From: Octopus sinensis
Taxonomy: Eukaryota
NCBI RefSeq assembly: GCF_006345805.1
Contig: NC_043001.1
Span: 124,806,001-124,870,000, forward strand
DNA length: 64,000 nucleotides
Direction of reading: 5' to 3'
Shown here: positions 36,060 to 50,310 of the stretch, in pieces
Layout: every line of letters begins with the position of its first letter
Position numbering within the stretch: position 1 is the first letter of the stretch
Translations under genes and position numbers: made by a program
Notes under the pieces: generated by a model
The model's database searches: none
Seen by the model: only the letters and a program-made list of their open reading frames with translations
Told to the model about the DNA's origin: nothing

Positions 36060-36660
36060 TAGCTTTGTCTGTGACAGATCAGGTGGAAGCTCCGGACACG
36101 GGGAATTTCCCCGAAAAAATCCATTCAAGTAGACCATGTTGCACGACATAGCTTCTCTTTGCTCGAACAGTGTACAACAGCGGAAAAAGCACTTACCTTC
36201 CGTGTAATACTTAAAAATAGGTAGAGGAGTTTTACTGCCCTTCAAACAACGACTCAGAGAGGCCTGAGTATCAAAAAGCGAAACATTCTGTTGAAAATGG
36301 TATGCCAAATGCATCTGTCTTGCTCTGTTGTTCTCTGGGTCAAGGACTCGTCACAGAAACCGGTTGAAAAAGTCAAGCACACCTTCCCCCATACACTTGT
36401 GTCCTAGAGACATACAATAGCAACATTCGGAGATATCGACAATGATATATACCCCTTGGCACAGGTCGCCTTTGTATTGCAATCAGAGCGAATATTCAGC
36501 GCAGAGCTGACAATGGAAGCATATGATCGAGCGGAGTCAGGATGAACTTAGAAGTTCTGATGGCTCCAGAAAGACCGCAAGTTCTTATTACTCGCAAGCA
36601 CGGAGATGATGGGCTTGAGATTAACGGTGCAGGGAAAATGATTCGATTGTTATATCTGTG
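36060..36660. pseudogene. Unidentified decayed coding-like unit, copy 1
   Basis: Aligns with 37810-38410. Differences are enriched at one codon position; the minus frame has only 2 stops in ~200 codons. Confidence 0.45.
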
Positions 36661-37809
36661 TTAGTAAAAATTCATTTGAGTGCTTTTTCCCTGGAGGGGT
36701 TTTAAAGCAAAGGAAATGTAAAGGCGGAAGAGAGCAATAGTGACAAATTCAAAATGCATTTTGAATTTCATGGTTCCAGACATTATTGAGAAGGTGAGGA
36801 AAATGAGCTGTATTCACCCCTGGAAACTAGATCAGACTCTTTGTTCCGCAATTGTAGCAACTAGTAGCGCCATCTTTTTACTATGTTATGAACAGTAGGT
36901 TGAAGAGGACGAAAAACAAACACTACTGAGAGGTGAAAGAAAATAAAACCAAAAAACTGAGAAGCAAAAGATTCTCAGTTTCAACAAAAGATGACAAAAA
37001 GTCTACAGAGACCCGCATCAACTCAGGATAATGTCATGTAGCCCACAGTAGCCCAGCTAGATAACACAGGAAATGAACACACTGTAGTGGGAGAAACGAT
37101 GTTCATATCAAAATCATTCGCGGATGAGAATTTAGATGGATATGTTAATAAACTTGTGAAAAATAGACTATTAGTAAAATTATCATTAGCATGTTATGGT
37201 ATCATGGGAATTTGAAGGAAACTGAACCCGAATACGTTGGGGTTTTACAAACCCTCATAACTCATTAAAAATACCAACGGGTGCTTTCGGATACGCCAGA
37301 ACTGAGTATGAGGAATAGCAGAAGGGGATAGTTGTCAGGTGCTCTGCTCCAGTCAATCCAGTGAGTTCTCACTCAAAAGGAGCCAGGTAACTCTTAGTGT
37401 CTTCTATGTTTCTCTTAATTTAAATTATATTTTGTTTTATTATTCAAATTGTCAATCTCTTCTTTGTATATTGTTTCTTCTACCCCTTATCTTGCTTTCA
37501 TAAAACTACGTCCAACTCAGTTTGCATAGTAGCGACCGTGTTTTTAAAGTCTACTGCGTTGTGTGTACGAGCCTTTAATGGCAAATAAAAAAAAAAGAAT
37601 GATTATTGAGTTCATATCTCGCTAAGGTCAACTTTGCTTTTGTGTCCCGGGAGTCGATAAAATAAGTATCGGTCAAGTACGGGGGTTAATATAAACGGCT
37701 GTTTACAACCCAGAATTTCAAACTTTGTATCTATGTTAGAAATAATGATTAATGGCAAAGGATTGGAAGATTCATTAGAATGTCGCAAAATTACTTTGCG
37801 CGACATTGT

Positions 37810-38410
37810 TTTGTCACCTATTCAGGTAAATGCTCTGGATACGGGTAATTTCCCTGAAAAATGCCATTTGAGAGGACCCTGTTCCGCGGCATAGCCTCTT
37901 TTTGCTCGAACACTATGTATAACAGCGGGAAAGGCTCTTACTTTGTGTTACATTTAAAAATCATTAGAGGTGTCCTATTGCCCTTCAAACAACGACTCAC
38001 AGAGACCTGAGTGTCAAAAAGCGAAAACTGTTGAAAATGGTACGCCAAATAGGTCTGTTCATCTCTCTGCATCGTGTATAGGACCAAGGACTCATACCAG
38101 AAACAGATTGATAAAGTCAAGAACACTTTCACCAATACACTTGTGCCCCAGTATTTAGGGTAGAGACATACAATAGTGACATTCGGAGATATGAACAATG
38201 ATATATACCTACTGTCACTCGTCACCTTTATATCGCAATAAGAGCGAATATTCAGCGCAGGGTTGATAAAGGAATGAATTAGAATGAACTTAAAAGTTCT
38301 AATGCCTCTAGAAAAACCACAAGTTCTTACCATGTGATAGCACGGAGATGATGGTCTGAAACTAATGGTGCAAGGCAAGAGATTCAGTTGTTGTATAAAA
38401 TAAAGTGCCA
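37810..38410. pseudogene. Unidentified decayed coding-like unit, copy 2
   Basis: Paralog of 36060-36660; contains the 157-aa minus ORF 37938-38411. Confidence 0.45.
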
Positions 38411-41177
38411 ATCAAATACTAGGGTCCATATATTGACTCATTTTCTACTCTCACAATTGTGTCTAAATCAGAAGCCATTATCATAAAAAAGAAAATTTTA
38501 ATATTATATAATTTATACCACTTTGTATATAGTAACATAGTTCCTTTTTTTTTTTCTTCTTTAATATGTGTATATATCACTTTTAATTTCAAATATTATT
38601 TAATTCTATTTCAGAAAAAAACATTTCGCGGAAAAATCTGAAGCTGTTTAAGAAAAGTAGCAAAAATACAGAAACTCTTTATATATTTATAAATTCATTT
38701 ACTTACAAATTTTAAGGGCAAAAATATAGAAACATTAAGTAAAGAAACAAAGCAGTACAGCAAACAAATAAAAGCAAAACACATCCAAGATTAAATTAAA
38801 TAATATTAAGTTAGAAAAAGAGAAAGAGAGAGAGACACAGAAAATATTTTTATAAAATAGAAAGATAAAACATTAATTTAAGAAGCACTAAGACAAACAA
38901 AACAAACAAACATATTCAAGTATATAAACTAAAAACTTCAAATGTTAAAAAAAAAATGTATTTATAAAGTAATCTCCTAGAAAAAAAATTTACCACTTGA
39001 GACATTTCTCTCTGGATTAACTCATCGATTGGTGTCGCCGCCCATAATTCCCTATTTATGTTTCTACAGTTCTTTCCTCTTGTGATGATAATAATATTAA
39101 TATGAAGTATTCGAGTGAAACAAACTTTAGTCAACGATATTAACTTACAAACCAACCAAAACAACAACAACAAGGAAAGCATCTAAACCAATTTTTAGTT
39201 TTACAATCAGGTTGCAATGGCATAATCACTAGCAAAGACTAATTCTGATTTGAAAGTTAATCGATATATCATAATAGATATGTCGTCGAAGATGTGGCTA
39301 TCAATAAAGATGTCCTCGTTGGCCTAACACTAATTTGTTCCGTTTTAATTATTGCATATATTTCTTAATTATAATATTTCATTTATATTTCACGCATAAC
39401 AACTGAACAAGTGAAAGCTCGTGGCAATGTGGTTAGGATATTCAGCTCATGATTATAAAGTCGTAGGTTCAATTCCTGGACCGGTGGTGCGTTATGTTCT
39501 TAAGTAAGTTCCTTCCTTTTACATTGTTCTAATCTACTCAGTTTAATAAGCTCAAACTGTGGCATTGGATAGTGCTGCAATTTTCTTTCCCTCTTTCAGC
39601 GTACTAAGTTCGAAATGCACCGAGGTTAGTTTTGCCTTGCAATCTTTACAGGATTGATAAATAAAATAACAATGCTTGACTCAGTTCTTCTCTCTCAGCC
39701 TCACTTTCTCTCCTTCCCTCTGAAAAAACTTACTTGATTTCAAATCAGTAAAGAAGTGGGTTACACTAGGTTTAAGATGCCCAAGTGGGTTACACTAGGT
39801 TTAAAATGCCATAAGCGGCTGGGGACACCAGAAAGAAAAGAATTCCATGGTAGAAAGGCTAAGGGTTCGTCGAACCCCAATTTAACATAAGCACCTGGAC
39901 CCAGAGTGTACATAGTGGAGCTTATTTTGTTGTAAAACTTTAGCCTGGGTCTCCGATCTTAATATAACTTCTTATCTTTCTCAGAGAGTCTGACAAAGGT
40001 CATGGATGCAACCTTTGTTCGTTGTCTTTGACTGAAAATGTTAAAGCAAGTTAAAGAGAGCTGAGCCTAAACAGGGTGTATAAAATATGGTGTGCTGTGT
40101 GTACACCAACCACTCAAAAATAAACAAAAATAAGTTGTACCTGTAATTCAAAGGGCCGGCTTTGTCACATTCTGTGTGACACTGAATCTCCTTGAGAACG
40201 CGTGTCTGTGGAGTGTTCAGCCGCCTGTACATTAATTTCACGAGCCGGCCATTCCGTTGATCGGATCAACTGGAACACTCGCCGTTGTAACTTACGGAGT
40301 ACCAGTTTTTGTACATCTAATAATGTATGGTATAGATAAACAGAAATAATGTAGATGTAATAAAATAAACAGATGTTATGCTTCCCAGGGCTCTCAACTT
40401 TTGATAGAGTTACAGGGAGAATGTCATACATTTGGCATGTATTGTCTCAGGCAGTTTAAGTTTGGGTGTAGCTCATCCCTCGCATTGCCGGATTTGGTAC
40501 TATATTTATCGACCCAGAGGGCGAAAAGCAAAGCTGGCTCGAAGAAGGCAGAGGCACGTGAAAAAGTCAACCAGCGTCCTGCTATAGAAATATAGTTGTA
40601 TAACGCATGTTTTGTTGTGGTTTAACCTATGTTCAGACTTAATCGAGAGTATCCATGATGAGAGACGCCCCAGACATTATAATCTCGTCTAGAACCACAT
40701 TATGAAGAAGGTAGAATTCGGACGAGAAAGAGAGGTCGGGATTCAAACTGTGCAGGGTTCAAAAATCATTACAAATATTGTTTAAATGTTTATAAAGGGG
40801 TAAAAGTGACAGTAAATCTTGTTAGGGAATAAACAATATAACCGATATTAAACAGTGTTGGAGACTTAAGTTCTATTGTTACTAGGTTATCAATTGTTAT
40901 TCATTCTCACATTGAATTTGTGTATAGCTACACAAAAATTGCTCCGTTAAAAAAGGAATGTTTAATATATCCATATACATATATATTTGTGTATCTGGGC
41001 ACATATACGTCTATCTATCTATATCTATATCCTTAATTAAGACAGTTCTGTGTATTTTGGGGTGGTTTGGCTGCTATTTCTCACAGATCAAACGATCATG
41101 AGGAGACTGCTCTTTTGGCTCACAAGCCAATGATTTAGCAGAAATTGTAGATCAGACTAAATAGGTTAGAGTGAAGT

Positions 41178-41399
41178 GAGCTGGCAGAATCGTTAGCACG
41201 CCGGGCGACATGCTTAGTGGTATTTCGTCTGCCGTTACGTTCTGGGTTCAAATTCCGCCAATGTCGACTTTGCCTTTCATCCTTTCGGGGTCGATTAAAT
41301 AAGTACCAGTTACGCACTGGGGTCGATATAATTGACTTAATCCGTTTGTCTGTCCTTGTTTATCCTCTCTGTGTTTAGCCCCTTGTGGGTAGTAAAGAA
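41178..41399 (+). mobile_element. Family A SINE, young
   Basis: TSD ataggttagagtgaagt (41161-41177, 41400-41416). Confidence 0.95.
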
Positions 41400-42118
41400 A
41401 TAGGTTAGAGTGAAGTAAATGCCAACACACATAATGTAGTCAGCACGATAACGTTAATTCAAACTACGCTTGAATCAGGACATGGTAAACATTAAGCTAA
41501 AGTCTGTCTGTTTCGAGATTGTGTGCCCATTAACTGCGAGCTTTCACCGAGTCCGTGATATTTAAGCATTTTCCCTGAACGTTGCAGGGTTAATTTCCCC
41601 TAGTTGCCGCTTTTACTCTTTTTCAGCTGAGTGAAGTACAGCAACATGAAGTGGAGTGCCTTACTCAAAGATAAAACGCGGAATTACGCATATTATACGT
41701 CCGCTACCTACAATCAAAAGCATATATTTATAGTACTGGATTCTATCCTGCATTTTGCAACATAGAAATCATAATTCCATCATGTTCGCAAGCTTAATTG
41801 TTATCCAATAAACTGTTGTTATCCAATAAACTGTTGTTCACGCGATAGTTCGATAGTTCATCTAGACTTTCCGCGAATACACCTTATAAACACAATCAAA
41901 TTTGCCGCCATTCTCACAGAATGTCGCCATGACGTTCTCCACTCTCGCCATATTGGAAGTGTCTCGGGTCGAGTTGGTGTACATTCTCCTAATAGAAGCT
42001 TTTGTAGCTGCATATTCAACCTAGACTGATCGAGGAAGACATACCACGGCACCTGAAGATGTATAATATATGTAAAAAATTAGCCCAAATGTGGTGTTTC
42101 TAACAAAAACTTTCTATA

Positions 42119-42281
42119 GGCGCAGGAGTGGCTGTGTGGTAATTAGCTTGCTAACCAACCACATGGTTCCGGGTTCAGTCTCACTGCGTGGCATCTTGGG
42201 CAAGTGTCTTCTGCTATAGCCCCGGGCCGACCAATGCCTTGTGAGTGGATTTGGTAGACGGAAACTGAAAGAAGCCTGTCG

Positions 42282-42358
<77 letters not shown>

Positions 42359-42590
42359 TGTGTATGTATATGTTTGTGTGTCTGTGTTTGTACCCCTAAC
42401 ATTGCTTTTGACAACCGATGCTGGTGTGTTTACGTCCCCGTCACCTAGCGGTTCGGCAAAAGAGACCGATAGAATAAGTACTGGGCTTACAAAGAATAAG
42501 TCCCGGGGTCGATTTGCTCGACTAAAGGCGGTGCTCCAGCATGGCCGCAGTCAAATGACTGAAACAAGTAAAAGAGTAAAAGAGTAAAGA
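42119..42590 (+). mobile_element. Family B SINE, full length
   Basis: Close to the family B consensus; tail (aaagagt)n. Confidence 0.93.
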
Positions 42591-43124
42591 GTATACGCGT
42601 CATATTATGCTTGTTTCATCTGAATGTTTTCATTAATTATATTGCATGAACACCTTTCCTAATAATGTAACAAATAAATTATTTTTCCAGCCCATAAAGA
42701 AACCCTTCTTTGTTACATATTCGTATAGAAAACAGTCTTTATCATAACTCATTCTTTTCAACGTTCAAACGATTTTCCCAGTTCGTCTCTTCTTATAATT
42801 GCTAATTACTCATCTGAGAAAGGACTTATTTAAAAATATTGCGAAAAGGCGTCTGTCTTTTGATTAAATTGTTTTCTTTCATTCATATTTATTTTTCATT
42901 TAGCTTTCTTTCTTTCCGTTTCTCTTCATTGAGCTTTTTCTGTATATCTTAATTTTTTTTTTATTATTCACTTTTTTCATCTAATACATATTTAAATAAC
43001 CAGTATTTTTCTCTTCGGTTAATTCATTCTGACTTCTCTTTCCCCTTCATATCTCTCTCCCTCTCTTCTCTCTTTCTTTCTTTCCCTCTCATTCTCGCTT
43101 TCTTTCTGCCTCTGTCTACACACG

Positions 43125-43176
<52 letters not shown>

Positions 43177-43393
43177 CACGTGCATACATATATAGAGAGA
43201 GAGATAGGTATATATAAATATTGATAGATACATACATGCATGCAAACTGAATTCTTTTTTAAAATGATGTGTTTTGAAGTTTTGCATTCGGTAAAATTTT
43301 GTTTATTTTTAGTAGTTTTGACTGCATTGGTCCCTCTTAGCGTGTTGGTATCTACGCTTAGCGTGTTGGTATCTACGAATAGTAGTACCCTCA

Positions 43394-43460
<67 letters not shown>

Positions 43461-43539
43461 TGATAAAAACGGTAAGATAACAAAAGAAAGAAAGAGACTT
43501 CAATATTATGTAAATAGAGGAATTTATCTGTAAATGTAA

Positions 43540-43719
43540 TATGTGACAATTATTCGGTACCCATGATAAAACTTCGAGTTTCGGATGCCGAGGTGGAAAT
43601 CCACGCCGCCATCTCTTCAGTTATCCGATGGCCGGATAACTGAAGAGATGGCACCGTAGTTTTCTGCCTCGGCATCCGAAACTCGGAGTTTTATCATGGC
43701 TACCGAATAATTGTCACAT

Positions 43720-43720
<1 letters not shown>
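43540..43720. repeat. Inverted repeat (88-bp arms) carrying a hammerhead-like motif on each strand
   Basis: Arms 43540-43627 and 43633-43720. Plus copy: GATAA CTGAAGA [GATG..CATC C] GAAA CTCGGAG T T TTATC (43635-43695). Confidence 0.85.
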
Positions 43721-43754
<34 letters not shown>

Positions 43755-43838
43755 ACAATTGAGGGTAAAATTAATTAATTTATCAATTTCACCAAGTGTT
43801 CAGTATGTAAAAGGACCATTTAAGGCGAATTCAAAATA

Positions 43839-44190
43839 TTACATTATATAATTAGGGCTTAGTAAAATAAATTACTTTGCCACATACTGAACTTAGTAGA
43901 AATAGCAGCCAAAAAAAATTTTTCTTAGCATTTCTACTACTTAAAGAAAATTTCTCTCAGATAATGTTTACTCCAGACAGCTCACGAAGGTTTGGGGGAT
44001 CTATGTACTTGTGATATTTTTCTGTATTTAACCCCAAACCTTCGTGAGCTGTCTGGAGTAAACATTATCTGAGCGAAATTTTCTTTAAGTAGTAGAAATG
44101 CTAAGAAAAATTTTTTTTGGCTGCTATTTCTACTAAGTTCAGTATGTGGCAAAGTAATTTATTTTACTAAGCCCTAATTATATAATGTAA
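43839..44190. repeat. Near-perfect fold-back palindrome, 159-bp arms and 34-bp loop
   Basis: Arms 43839-43997 and 44032-44190, with one mismatch found by eye. Confidence 0.95.
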
Positions 44191-44192
44191 AT

Positions 44193-44224
<32 letters not shown>

Positions 44225-44844
44225 CGCGATATTAAATCTCTGAGCGAGATATAAACAGTAGCAATACGGAATCGTAATATATAATTGCCAACCAAGTGTG
44301 GCGTCCTATACGGGACAGTGCTACTGACGTTTATAGCCCCAGGAAAACATCTCTTCCAGCTGGCTAACGACACACATTCTGCGTTGATCAGTAATTACGA
44401 GGCGAGGTCATCGCTCCTTGCGTGATTCACACGGACTCGAATTTCTGAGTCGTTACCCGTCCTCTTGCGAGTGGAAAAGTTTTCATCACTAGCTGATTGA
44501 ACTTTGCAAACAAGTCTGTAAGTGTTTCTCCTTTGTTAAGTAAGCACAAGGTGTGACAGTATTTTTGTTGCTTTTGGTATTACTGGATTTAATCCTTTTG
44601 CCTACAAAGTCTACAAAGTCCAGTATTTAAACATTTAGTAATTGGGTGGCTCAACCTTTTCCACAAAAGAATGCAAGTAGGTGGTAGGCTTTGGCTGTTT
44701 ATTTCAGTACTTGTTATTGTTCTTATGTAGGATATTTTTTATTTTCATTTGCAAGGTTGTGGTTATTAGTCAGCGCTTAGTATAGAAAGTTGCTTCACTT
44801 GTGCTTTTATGTTCACAAAAGTATATGAGTAATCTTTTCTCCTC

Positions 44845-45360
44845 TAGGCACAAGGCCCGAAATTTTTTTTTGCGGGGGGACAGTCAATTAGGTCGACCCC
44901 AGTATGCAACCGGTACTTAATTTATCGACCTCGAAAGGATGAAAGGCAAAGTCGACCTCGGTGGAATTTGAACTCAGAACGTAACGGCAGACGAAATACC
45001 GCTGAGCATTTTGCCCGGCGTGCTAACGCCTTAAAGTAATGAGTAACGGTTATATGTTTATATATTTCTGTCCAGGTTTTCATTGTTCAATAAGCAATTT
45101 TATTAGCATTTAGGGATTTTAACCATCCTGTTTTGTGGAGGCAGAGACTATTTGGGGTGTTTGTTTACGAAATTTCCTGAACAAAATGGTTAGCGGTATT
45201 TCCTCGAACTTTACGTTCAGAGTTCAAATGCCGCCAGAGTCGATTTTGCCTTTCATCCTTTCGGGGTCGATAAGATAAACACCAGTTGAGCACTTAGATC
45301 GATTTCATCAACCTAACCTCTCCTCAGAAAGTGCTGACTTTGTGCCAAAAATTGAAACCA
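44845..45360. mobile_element. Two family A SINEs, head to head
   Basis: Minus copy ~44845-45032; plus copy ~45185-45360. Confidence 0.8.
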
Positions 45361-45536
45361 ATATATGTTATGTATATACATATGAGTGCGTATACATATA
45401 TGTATACACACACAGACACACATACTTACATACATATACATATACATATATACATTTTCAAAATGTAACCACATGTGAATCGTTGGCGATTTTTTTCCTT
45501 CATCTTCCTTTTCTCTTGGACTTTCCTCTGTTTCCT

Positions 45537-45571
45537 GTTTCTGACGAAGAGCTTTGCTCGAAACGTAAAAC
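45537..45571 (+). ncRNA. Minimal type I hammerhead ribozyme, intact core (family H repeat, ~45500-45690)
   Basis: GTTT CTGACGA A GAGC TTT GCTC GAAA CGT A AAAC: canonical CUGANGA and GAAA, stems I and II, palindromic ACGU stem III, GUA cleavage triplet (after 45567). Confidence 0.75.
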
Positions 45572-45711
45572 CACCTTTCTTTCCTTCCCTGAGTGTCTGC
45601 TAATACTTTGCATTTACCAAGTCCTCACGTTGTTGTTTTTTCTTGTGTTTGTTCTTCGTTTTCTTTGGGAGGATTTACTATTGTATATATATTATATACG
45701 TACATATACTT

Positions 45712-45865
45712 CGTGGCTGTGTGGTAAGTAGCTTGTTTACCAGCCACATAGTTCCAGGTTCAGTCCCACTGCATGGCAATTTGTTCAAGTGTCTTCTGCT
45801 ATAGCATCGGGCCGACCAAAGCCTTGTGAATGGATTCGGTAGACGGAAACAGAAAGAAGCCCATC

Positions 45866-45932
<67 letters not shown>

Positions 45933-46145
45933 TGTGTGTGAGTGTTTGTATGTCTGTGTTTGTCCCTCACCACATCACCGCTTGACAACCGATGCTGGCG
46001 TGATTACATCCCCGTAACTTAGCGGTTCGGCAAAAGGGACCGATAGAATAAGTACTAGGCTTACAAAGAATAAGTCCTGGGGTCGATTTACTCGACTAAA
46101 GGTGATGCTCCAGCATGGGCGCAGTCAAGTGACTGAAACAAATGA
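45712..46145 (+). mobile_element. Family B SINE
   Basis: Match to family B. Confidence 0.88.
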
Positions 46146-46324
46146 AGGATATATATATATATAATATATATATATATAATATATATATATATATATTATA
46201 TATATATATATATATATTATATGTATATATATATATATTTGTATATAAGTACATATACTTCATATAGATACGGGTATATAAATGTGAATATATATATTTA
46301 TTTATTTATTTTTAAGAGGTAAAT

Positions 46325-46378
<54 letters not shown>

Positions 46379-46381
46379 ATA

Positions 46382-46700
46382 TCTATTATATAAAATCCGT
46401 TCTGTCTCTCTGTCAGTGTGTTTTCTCGGATCTTGGACATCCTCCATCCGATTGCGCTCAAATTTGAAATGTAGATACCGACGGTATCAGGACGTGTATA
46501 AGTCTTGGAAAATATACAAAAATCGATTCCAGGTGAGAATGCGATTGATAAAGCCGTGGGAACGTGCATTTGTATGAGCAAGTACATCAGTCGAAATCCG
46601 TTTTTTCTCAAAGGGGGGGGCCTATGGGACGGTCGGACAAGTTGTTTTGAGAAAATTTGGTTTAAATCTGTGACAACTCAGCACCGTCCATTGGACGGGA
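46382..46700 (+). mobile_element. Possible Helitron/Helentron-like 5' fragment
   Basis: a|TCTATTATATAAAATC start, then ctgt-like repeats and 'ccgattgcgctcaaattt'. No CTRR 3' end found. Confidence 0.45.
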
Positions 46701-46736
46701 GGGGGCGTTTTGCTCGTATATATAGATAGATAGATA

Positions 46737-46802
<66 letters not shown>

Positions 46803-46894
46803 CGAAGCTCTCAAGACGGGAGGGGGCGTTTTGCTCGTATATATATATATATATCGATCGAAGCTCTCAAGACATTTGAGCCATAGGAGAAATA

Positions 46895-47381
46895 GGAAAA
46901 ATAATGAGAAACAAAAGACGGGTTACACTAAAAATATATAAGATTATACAAATATATAGTCCTACTTACAATATAAACGATATTTAAAATATATAAATAG
47001 AATGGGTGGATCATAAAATCAGAGTATAATGTCATAAAATGTATGTGGAAATTTATGTCTTTAAGGTGGTTTGAATTAATGGACTTTAGAATTTATTATA
47101 TCTTTGGACTACTATTATCCCAGAAACGCCTGTCGGACCTTAAAGACTTATAACCCTCCATATACATTTATAACATTATATTCTACCCATTCTATTTATG
47201 TATTTTTAATATCGTTTTTATTGTAAGCAGGACTATATATTTGTATAATCTTAATATATTTTTACTATATTTGTTTTGATATATATATTTTTTAATGTAT
47301 TTTTTATGCATTTATATATCTACATATTTTTATTATATGCGTATTGGTAACCCGTCTTCTGTTTCTCATCATTATTTTTCC
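46895..47381. repeat. Degenerate AT-rich fold-back
   Basis: aaaataatgagaaac..aagacgggttac / gtaacccgtctt..gtttctcatcattattttt; inner gtctttaaggt / accttaaagac. Confidence 0.8.
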
Positions 47382-47434
47382 CATATATATATATATATAT
47401 ATATAGATATATATATATATATATATATATGTAA

Positions 47435-47856
<422 letters not shown>

Positions 47857-49099
47857 ATCAAAATAAGCAACAAGGATATCCAGAGGTAATTGCTATGGGT
47901 AGGATACAGACACTACCTCATCCCTCCCAGCTTTGACCCAGCAGAACGTCGTGCACCTCACAGCTGGAAGGAGTGATGTATTCATAATTCCATTGCGTTC
48001 ACTGGACAAACGTCAAATGTAGAACTTTGCCTTAAGACAACGCACCGCCTTGTCCAGGAATGAGCCTACAACCTCATGATCGTGAGCTCAAAACCCTAAC
48101 CTCTAAACATCCTAAACATCCACGTATATATGAGATTATGTGTCATATATAACACACACATACACACATACATATACGCACACGCACACACATATGTATA
48201 TATCATATCAAATATCATATAAATTATATATTGTATATGTATATTCATGCATGCATGCATGTGTACATACATGCATTTAAAGGGTGAAAGAAAAAGATAA
48301 TAAAATGCAGAAAAGCGTAATTTCAAACAGTTCGTAATTTAATTATGCTCAGTAGTCGTTTTATCGGCATTAAGGAACATTACTTAAAATTTTATGTAAT
48401 TAAGATACATAATTAATTCATTCAAAACTGCTGGTTACCAAAATTCTTGGAAGAACAATTATCTATCGTAATTACGTAATTATACAAATAATGGTGTTTA
48501 ATACCAATGAAACAGCTGTTGGACACAAAAAATTATGAACTATAAATAAAATTTATGATTTTCTGTTATTTTAAATATGTTACTTTCAACGATTGTTTTA
48601 GCCGATTTTGAATTGTTATGCAAGTTCCTTCCATCAGAATTTAATGCATTGTCAAAAACACATTGGAGTTTAACTAAATATTATTTGAGCTCTTAATTAT
48701 TATATAATTTTAAGTTTATACATAAACCCCCTCACTCTCGCTCTCTCACTCTCTCTCTTTCTCTCTCACTCTCGCTTTCTCTTTCTTTCTCTTGACCTCA
48801 CTGTCTCACTTTCACTTTTTCTCTCTCGCGTGCGCACGCTCTGGTGTGTGTATGTATAAGGAAAAGAAATGACACGGAAAAAACCCTGGTCATGTTATGG
48901 ATTTCATTAGCGGTTTCAACTCTTAGTTGATTGCCTGAACTTCAACAGTACCTTGAATATGAAGTGTAATTTATTTGGGAAAAAGAATAACATTCTTACA
49001 ATATACAGGGAAGGTATTACCAGTGATAAAGTCACTGTTGGTTATAAAAAGTATGTTCAAAAGGTTACACCAGGCTATTAGTCTCGCAATGACTAAGCG

Positions 49100-50310
<1,211 letters not shown>

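Noticed and set aside
36430-36480. HAD-hydrolase-like 'FGDxxND' motif
   Set aside because: That frame shows mostly non-synonymous differences between the two copies, and no other HAD motifs are in order.
36060-38410. TGA=Trp alternative genetic code, or an RdRp GDD motif, in the duplicated unit
   Set aside because: The shared TGAs appear only in one of two equally plausible frames (they are TCA on the other strand), TAA/TAG also occur, and motifs A and B could not be placed convincingly around HGDDGL.
39765-43380. Short tandem duplications (29 bp at ~39765, 18 bp at ~41800, 21 bp at ~43336) as CRISPR-like arrays
   Set aside because: Two adjacent copies only, no spacers, eukaryotic context; ordinary slippage duplications.
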